Shown here one piece after another: positions 52,535 to 58,586 of a stretch of DNA of 58,586 nt. This DNA is from a virus. Taxonomy: Duplodnaviria; Caudoviricetes. The notes below the pieces were generated by a model, which was given only the letters and a program-made list of their open reading frames with translations, did not search any database and was not told the DNA's origin. Each line of letters opens with the position of its first letter. Positions within the stretch are counted from its first letter, which is position 1. The stretch lies in the IMG/VR virus record IMGVR_UViG_3300049917_000087, positions 1 through 58,586 of that record. One strand, 5' to 3'. The translations under genes were made by a program, and so were the position numbers.

Positions 52535-54070
52535 ATGGTCACGAAACAGGACTCAAACCTTACTGGCCTGCGCTACGCTCAAGAAAGCGCAGTAATCAAG
52601 GTGTTGCCGGGTTCGCCTGTTTGGTATCCTCTGGAACCGAATAGCTATTCGGATTTCGGCGGCCAGATCGCCACGGTTGCGCGCGATCCGATCAATTCTT
52701 CGCGTCAGCGCAAAAAGGGCACCGTCACCGATCTTGACGCTAGCGGCAGCTTCAATCAGGATTTGGTGACCGGTGACCTTACGCGCTTGCTTCAAGGTTT
52801 TTTCTGCGCCGATGCTAAGGGACAGGTCGATACGCAATCATTGGCAGGCGCTACGGCTACCGTTACGGCAGTTACAGCGTCCAGTGACACTTACACGCTA
52901 TCCGGTGCACTGGATTACCCTGTTTTAGAGGGTGCATTGATCTATGCCACTGGTTTTGCACAGAGCGGCAATAACGGACTCAAAGTAAACATTGCGCAAG
53001 GCACGACTACACTTACTGTGGCCGCTTCGCCTGGACTGACGAACGAAACTCCGTCAAGCGCTGCAAGAATTCTTGTCGTCGGGCAAGAATTCATCGAAGA
53101 TGACCTTTCGATTGAAATGAACGGTGATCTAGTGCGCATTGTGTCTAATGATGCGTTGATGGGCAATTTCTTAGTTGAGCCCGGTGACTGGATATACGTG
53201 GGCGGAGACACTTCCGGAACGCGTTTCGATTCAAATCAAGGTTTTGCGCGTGTTAGCGCAGTAACTAGCGCGTACATGGAACTTGATAAAGTATCTTGGC
53301 CTGCGCAGGCCGAAAGTTCCGGAGGCAAGACTATTCGCCTGTTCTTTGGCAGGCGTATTCGTAACAATGCGAATATTGCGTATCGAACCTATCAGCTTGA
53401 GCGAACGCTAGGCAATGATGGTGTCGGTACGCAAAGCGAATACCTTGTCGGTGCAGTACCTAATGAGCTAACGCTCAATGTGGCAACGGCCGACAAGGTT
53501 ACTATCGACTTAGCTTTCATTGCCCTTGACAACGAGCAACGTTCTGGAACTACCGGAGTAAAAAGCGGTACGCGTCCGACGCTCGTTTCCGGCAATGCGT
53601 TGAACACTTCTTCGGACTTCAAGCGCATAAACATAGGTGCTGTGTCAACGACAGACGCGACCGTTACGCCATTGCTGGCGTATGTTTCGGACTTGACCTT
53701 GACTGCCAACAACAATGCACAAGCTTTGAAAGCAATTGGCACGTTGGGCGGGTTTGATGCATCACTGGGAACCTTTGAAGTTGGCGGCACGCTTGAAGCC
53801 TACTTCGCCGACGTAGCGGCAATTGCGGCCATTCGAAACAATGCGGATATAACAATCGATCTGGCGATTGTTGAAAACAACAAAGGGCTTGTTATCGATC
53901 TGCCGCTTATTTCCCTGGGCGACGGTCGATTGAATATCGAAAAAGATCAAGCTATTAAAATACCGCTGGAAAACTCCGCGTTTGAAAACCCGCTGGGCTA
54001 CACCATTCAGTACCAAGAATGGTTGTATTTGCCTGATGCGGCAGAATCACCTTTCGTTGACATTTCTTAA
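52535..54070 (+). CDS. Major tail tube protein with inserted domain
   Basis: DSN.TGL..A.E...LEPNSY.DFGG...R.PI..SRQRKKG..TDLDA.G. Confidence 0.88.
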   Translation: MVTKQDSNLTGLRYAQESAVIKVLPGSPVWYPLEPNSYSDFGGQIATVARDPINSSRQRKKGTVTDLDASGSFNQDLVTGDLTRLLQGFFCADAKGQVDTQSLAGATATVTAVTASSDTYTLSGALDYPVLEGALIYATGFAQSGNNGLKVNIAQGTTTLTVAASPGLTNETPSSAARILVVGQEFIEDDLSIEMNGDLVRIVSNDALMGNFLVEPGDWIYVGGDTSGTRFDSNQGFARVSAVTSAYMELDKVSWPAQAESSGGKTIRLFFGRRIRNNANIAYRTYQLERTLGNDGVGTQSEYLVGAVPNELTLNVATADKVTIDLAFIALDNEQRSGTTGVKSGTRPTLVSGNALNTSSDFKRINIGAVSTTDATVTPLLAYVSDLTLTANNNAQALKAIGTLGGFDASLGTFEVGGTLEAYFADVAAIAAIRNNADITIDLAIVENNKGLVIDLPLISLGDGRLNIEKDQAIKIPLENSAFENPLGYTIQYQEWLYLPDAAESPFVDIS

Positions 54071-54085
54071 TCACACGGACTTAAA

Positions 54086-54505
54086 ATGACGTTGTATACG
54101 ACTTTCAAGACAAATCCGGAAGTGGAACGCACCGGCGTTCTGCTTGAGTACGGCACGAATAGTCAGGGCCTGCCCATCACTATTCGTATCGCGCGGGCAG
54201 GCGGTGCAAACACTGCATTTCAAAAACGGCTTGAAGCTGCAGTGAAGCCGTATCGTCGGCAAATCCAAGCCGATGTGATGGATCAAAAACAGCTTGAAAA
54301 GCTAGTGCGCGGTGTCTTCTGCGAATCTGTCGTATTGGGTTGGGAGAACGTCGAAGACAAAGACGGCAAGACCTTGCCGTTTTCGGCTGCGAACTGTGAA
54401 AAACTCTTTACCGATTTGCCCGACCTGTACGCAGATGTGCAAGCACAGTCGCAGTCGCTTGCGCTTTTCCGTGAAATCGCACGTGAGGCGGACGCGGGAA
54501 ACTAA
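54086..54505 (+). CDS. Tail assembly chaperone (gpG-like)
   Basis: IARAGG.N..F...LGWE...LF.DLPDL; ends at slippery site. Confidence 0.85.
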   Translation: MTLYTTFKTNPEVERTGVLLEYGTNSQGLPITIRIARAGGANTAFQKRLEAAVKPYRRQIQADVMDQKQLEKLVRGVFCESVVLGWENVEDKDGKTLPFSAANCEKLFTDLPDLYADVQAQSQSLALFREIAREADAGN

Positions 54506-54834
54506 CAGCGGTTCTGCAATATACGCTGACGCAGGGCCGTACGGAACAAGGAATAATAAAAGATTGCATCGCGCGTCGGCAGCCGTTGCCCGATGCAATA
54601 GCTAATGCGCCGCAAGTGTGGTTAGGTCTTGAACTGTATTTAGGTGCGTTCTTCGATCTAACTACTTGCCGCGCTGTTGGCTTTTGTGAGGGACCTATTC
54701 AGTGGACAGCTATAGAAGCATGGGCGGTAGCCGCTGAATTAGATAAAGAACAACGCGAAGACTTGCACTATTTCATATCGCGACTTGATGAGAAGTATTT
54801 AGCGCACAGAGATAAGCAAAGGCAGAATAGCTAA
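54496..54834 (+). CDS. Tail assembly chaperone -1 frameshift extension (gpGT-like)
   Basis: G-GGA-AAC at 54496-54502; -1 frame is open through ORF 54586..54834. Confidence 0.85.
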   Translation, partial: GKLTAVLQYTLTQGRTEQGIIKDCIARRQPLPDAIANAPQVWLGLELYLGAFFDLTTCRAVGFCEGPIQWTAIEAWAVAAELDKEQREDLHYFISRLDEKYLAHRDKQRQNS

Positions 54835-55277
54835 TGGACCTGCGACAATTCGCTAGAAAAATGCGGGTCACTGGCGCTGTTGTCCAAGACAATGGCGATA
54901 TCCTGCTGCGCAAGGTCGCTTTAGCCGTAGATGCGGCCGTCGTGCTAGCTACGCCAGTCGATACAGGCCGCGCCCGCAGCAATTGGCAGGTAGAGCTAGG
55001 CGCAGCCCCGGAAGGCGTGCGCGAGCCCTTCTCAGAGGGTGCAGAAGGCTCTACAGCCGGCCCAAACGCGCAGGCGGCCATTGCAGCCGGGCAGGCCGTT
55101 ATCGCACAGGCGCGCGGCACTGATGTTATCCACATCACAAACAACTTGACATATATTGCCGCGCTTAACGATGGAAGTAGCGCACAGGCACCAGCGGGCT
55201 TTGTAGAAGAAGCCGTACATGCTGGCGTGAAGCAAGTGAACGACGCCCGCGTAACTATCGAAGGCGGTGTTAAATGA
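54834..55277 (+). CDS. HK97 gp10-like tail completion protein
   Basis: TPVDTGRARSNW...NNL.YI..LN.G.S.QAP.GFV. Confidence 0.85.
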   Translation: MDLRQFARKMRVTGAVVQDNGDILLRKVALAVDAAVVLATPVDTGRARSNWQVELGAAPEGVREPFSEGAEGSTAGPNAQAAIAAGQAVIAQARGTDVIHITNNLTYIAALNDGSSAQAPAGFVEEAVHAGVKQVNDARVTIEGGVK

Positions 55278-58162
55278 CTGTCGAAGCCATCGACATACGC
55301 ATACGCCAAGATGGCGCCCGTGTGGTCAGGCGCGATATTGACGCAATTGCATCGGGTTCGGAAAAGGCCGCTGACAGCGTTGATCTTTTGAATAAGTCTT
55401 TGCGCTTTATTGGCGCAGGCTTAGTTATTAAAGGTTTACTTGAACTTGTAAATACATTCGGCAATTTACAGAATCGTTTACGCTCTACTGGATTAGAGGG
55501 ATCTAATTTAGTGGCTGTATACGACGCGCTGCTTAAAGTCAGCAATGATACGCGAGGAAGTGTTGAAGGATCCATCGAATTATATTCGCGATTGGCTATA
55601 AGTGCTAAAGAACTTGGCGTAAGTCAACAGCAGCTAATTGACTTCACTAAGTCGCTTAATCAGGCCATATCATTATCTGGCGCAAGTTCACAAGAAGCGC
55701 AGGCCGGATTGCAGCAGCTTTCGCAAGGCATAGCCAGTGGCACTCTACGTGGCGACGAGCTACGCAGCGTGCTTGAGCAACTACCTGCTGTGGCCGACGT
55801 TATCGCGAAGAGCCTAGGCGTTACTCGCGGGCAACTGCGTGCACTAGGCGAAGACGGTAAGATTACTGCGCAGGCTGTGCTTAAGGCATTCCAACAGGCA
55901 CGTGGAGAACTTGAGGAACGTTTTGCTAAAACAGTTCCCACGATTGGACAATCGTTCCAAGTTCTAAAAAATAACGTACTTAACCTTGTCGGTGCATACG
56001 ATCAAGCCACTGGATTTAGCGCGACCCTATCTAAAGGCTTGCTACTGCTTTCCTCTAATCTGGATACGGTAGCGCGTGCAGCGATTGGCGTTAGTTCAGG
56101 TTTATTGCTCATAGGCGGCGCTGCCACCGTAGTGCGGACGACTGCTACTGCAGTTCAGGCGCTTACTGCAGCAATGGCAGCTAATCCGATTGGTGCGTTT
56201 TTAGTTGTAATGACTAGCATCATTACAACGCTGTTTTTGTTTCGCGATCAACTGACGCTTGGTACGGATAAATTAACCACACTGGGCGACTTCCTGCGCG
56301 CATTCGGCGAAATTGCGTCAGACGCTTTTGGTAAGCTGCTTAGTTCGGTGCGCGAAGCGTTCGGACCGTTAGGCGGAATTATTGCCGATTGGGTCAGTAA
56401 GGTCAACGTCAGCTTCATTGATGTTATCGGTTTCGCTGCTAAAGCCGCTGACACGATTCTAGGCGTTATGCGTGGGATGTTCCAGGCGCTATTTACGCTA
56501 TTCGACAAGTTCCCGCTAGCCGTGTCCGATGTGGTCATCCAGGGACTTAACCTTGTCTTGGATAAGATAGGAAAGTTTGTCAATAAGGCGGGCGAATTGC
56601 TTAACTCCGTTACCGAGTTTGCAGGACTTGGTAAGATCGCTACGGCTATTGATTTCACATTGCCTAATTCTGCGGCAGGCGAGGCTAAGGCCCTTGGATC
56701 AAATATAGCCGAAGCATTCAGCGCAGGGTTTAACACGTCGAATCCTGCGCAGGATTTCGTAAACAATTTGGCTAAGCGTGCGCAGGAAATTGGTTTAGAG
56801 CGCAAGCTTTCCAACAACCCAAGTTCGCCTAGCACTGTAGCCGGTAAAGCTGCGCCTGTGCCTATCGATAAAAAAGAGCTTGAGAAAGCTACAAACGATC
56901 TTCGTAGTTTCTTGAATACCGTGCTACCTAGCTCGGGCGCGGTTCTTGAATTAGCTAAAGCAGAAAAAGTGCTTACTGAAGCGCAGAAGGTAGGTTTAAT
57001 AACTCAAGCGCAACATACACAGTATCTGGCGTTAGCTAAGCAGTATTACGAAGATACGATTAATCCTCTTGGTAAAATAAACCGCGATCTTGACGAACAG
57101 GCCGGTTTATTACGGCTTAACTCGGCTGCGCGTGAAGTCGAAACGCAGCTTCTGCAAACAATGAAAGAACTGCAGCAGCAAGGCATAGCACTTTCGCAAG
57201 CTGAAGTTGTTGAATTGCATAACAAATACACCGCAATGCAGCAACTTAATTTAGTTACGCAAGCTCAAGACGCTATTTATGCCGAAAGCATAGGCAAGCG
57301 TAAAGAATTCGAGGCGCAGCTTATAGCCTTGCAGCAAGCGCGCGCAACCGCTGGAATCACCGGCGGTGACATGGCAGGTGCTACGGCTAATGTACTAAAG
57401 AATGCTGGACTTGACATTGAAGGCACACAGGTTGCTATCGATGCGCAAATAGCGCAGTTCGAAGGTATGTATGCAAAGATAGCGGCACTGCGCGAAAAGG
57501 ATTTGATTAGCGCGCAAGATGCTGCGCAGTTGACTGCAAAGGTGACGCTGCAGCAAAATGAAGCGCGACTGAAAAACACTCAAGATTTCTTCGGTAATTT
57601 AGCCACACTTTCGAAAAGTGGCAATTCGAAGCTTGCCGCCATTGGTCGCGCTGCAGCTATTGCACAGGCTACGATTGATGGCGTGTTAGCGGTACAGAAG
57701 GCCCTTGCGAGTGCACCGCCTCCGCTTAACTATGCCTTGGCTGCAGCGGTAGGAGTAGCCGCAGCGGCAAATGTCTCTGCTATTGCGAAACAGGGTTTTG
57801 CCGCTGGCGGATACACAGGTGACATGGGCACCGGCACTGTCGCAGGCGTTGTGCACGGAAAAGAGTTCGTGAACAACGCAGAATCGACCCGCGTAAATAG
57901 GCCGATACTTGAAGCAATGAACGCAGGCGCGGACTTTTCTGCATTAGCTTCACAACGTGGTGGCGGATCCGTAAAGGTCATCATTAACAACAATGCGGAC
58001 GGCACTAAGGTTCGACAAGAAGAACGTAATGGACCGGACGGAAGAGAATTAGAGGTGACTATCGAACGCGTAGCCGCGCGGAGTGTGGCTAAAGGCGGCC
58101 AGTTAGCCAATGCCATTGAGTCACAATACGGCTTAAATCGTGCGCAGGGGAGCACGTATTAA
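55274..58162 (+). CDS. Tape measure protein
   Basis: 962 aa helical; QLSQG..SG.LRGDELRS..EQ; GF..GGYTG...AGVVH..EFV. Confidence 0.93.
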   Translation: MTVEAIDIRIRQDGARVVRRDIDAIASGSEKAADSVDLLNKSLRFIGAGLVIKGLLELVNTFGNLQNRLRSTGLEGSNLVAVYDALLKVSNDTRGSVEGSIELYSRLAISAKELGVSQQQLIDFTKSLNQAISLSGASSQEAQAGLQQLSQGIASGTLRGDELRSVLEQLPAVADVIAKSLGVTRGQLRALGEDGKITAQAVLKAFQQARGELEERFAKTVPTIGQSFQVLKNNVLNLVGAYDQATGFSATLSKGLLLLSSNLDTVARAAIGVSSGLLLIGGAATVVRTTATAVQALTAAMAANPIGAFLVVMTSIITTLFLFRDQLTLGTDKLTTLGDFLRAFGEIASDAFGKLLSSVREAFGPLGGIIADWVSKVNVSFIDVIGFAAKAADTILGVMRGMFQALFTLFDKFPLAVSDVVIQGLNLVLDKIGKFVNKAGELLNSVTEFAGLGKIATAIDFTLPNSAAGEAKALGSNIAEAFSAGFNTSNPAQDFVNNLAKRAQEIGLERKLSNNPSSPSTVAGKAAPVPIDKKELEKATNDLRSFLNTVLPSSGAVLELAKAEKVLTEAQKVGLITQAQHTQYLALAKQYYEDTINPLGKINRDLDEQAGLLRLNSAAREVETQLLQTMKELQQQGIALSQAEVVELHNKYTAMQQLNLVTQAQDAIYAESIGKRKEFEAQLIALQQARATAGITGGDMAGATANVLKNAGLDIEGTQVAIDAQIAQFEGMYAKIAALREKDLISAQDAAQLTAKVTLQQNEARLKNTQDFFGNLATLSKSGNSKLAAIGRAAAIAQATIDGVLAVQKALASAPPPLNYALAAAVGVAAAANVSAIAKQGFAAGGYTGDMGTGTVAGVVHGKEFVNNAESTRVNRPILEAMNAGADFSALASQRGGGSVKVIINNNADGTKVRQEERNGPDGRELEVTIERVAARSVAKGGQLANAIESQYGLNRAQGSTY

Positions 58163-58586
58163 TGCCTTACTTAGACTTATCAGCGCCGCCCTTTAATACG
58201 CCAACGTCAACCGCTGGGGTAACAGGTAACTATGACAATGTTAGTTTTGTTTCAAATACTGTCGAATTTTCAAATGATGGATTTGGTAGTCTGTATGAGT
58301 TAATTTTTACTAACGATGGGAATGGTTTACTTGATCCGATAACAGATATTTCTTTCACTGTGCAGCGGCGTTCTGTCGCTGTGCAATTGACAAGCTCTTT
58401 TTATTTTTCTGGCGGCATTGGCGGTGCCAATGAATACCAGCTTAACTATATAGACGGAACATTGTCTATATTTTCGCAAGGAACTGGAACGATTTATTCG
58501 GAGGCAACTTCTTTATGGACAGCGCCGGGTAACTCTCATTCAATTAAGTTAAGTATAGCGTCGCCGAATGGCACGCTATTTATAGA
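58162..58586 (+). CDS. Tail-tip protein, 3' truncated (possibly the N-terminus of the gene ending at 800)
   Basis: ATG overlaps the TMP stop; open to window end (MPYLDLSAPPFNTPTSTAG...). Confidence 0.7.
   Translation, partial: MPYLDLSAPPFNTPTSTAGVTGNYDNVSFVSNTVEFSNDGFGSLYELIFTNDGNGLLDPITDISFTVQRRSVAVQLTSSFYFSGGIGGANEYQLNYIDGTLSIFSQGTGTIYSEATSLWTAPGNSHSIKLSIASPNGTLFI

Noticed and set aside
58162-58586. Direct circular join of the window end to base 1
   Set aside because: Joining places the terminal ORF in a different frame from the poly-Pro ORF, so sequence is missing between the ends

Overview
Near-complete genome (~58.6 kb, broken inside a tail-tip gene, ends do not join in frame) of a long-tailed dsDNA phage with no recognisable integrase or repressor, so probably virulent. 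Gene content and order resemble PA73/KL1-like siphoviruses; this is pattern recognition, no search was run. Layout: tail tip, fibres, holin and SAR endolysin (1-7.7 kb, +); a leftward replication and nucleotide arm (7.7-27.5 kb, -: PolA, beta-clamp-like, SF2 helicase, Cas4-like nuclease, DUF669 SSB, AAA ATPase, ligase, HNH, ThyX, two MazG-like enzymes, primase-helicase); an AT-rich divergence region (27.5-27.9 kb); a rightward arm of small accessory genes behind a repeated sigma70 promoter-leader element, with three tRNAs (27.9-41.6 kb); spanins, packaging, head and tail genes (41.6-58.6 kb, +). Best novel-system candidate: a 183-aa protein with an AT-hook, a YAP/Pap1-type bZIP basic signature (NREAQERFR) and a coiled coil, encoded next to a dense array of TTAC-N2-GTAA palindromes and an AT-rich tract, upstream of the primase-helicase. 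This suggests a eukaryote-like bZIP origin or switch module in a phage. Other leads: a helicase ending in a host SSB C-terminal mimic, an unannotated acidic/basic micro-peptide pair, a ~500-nt candidate structured RNA, and translation-related mimics.
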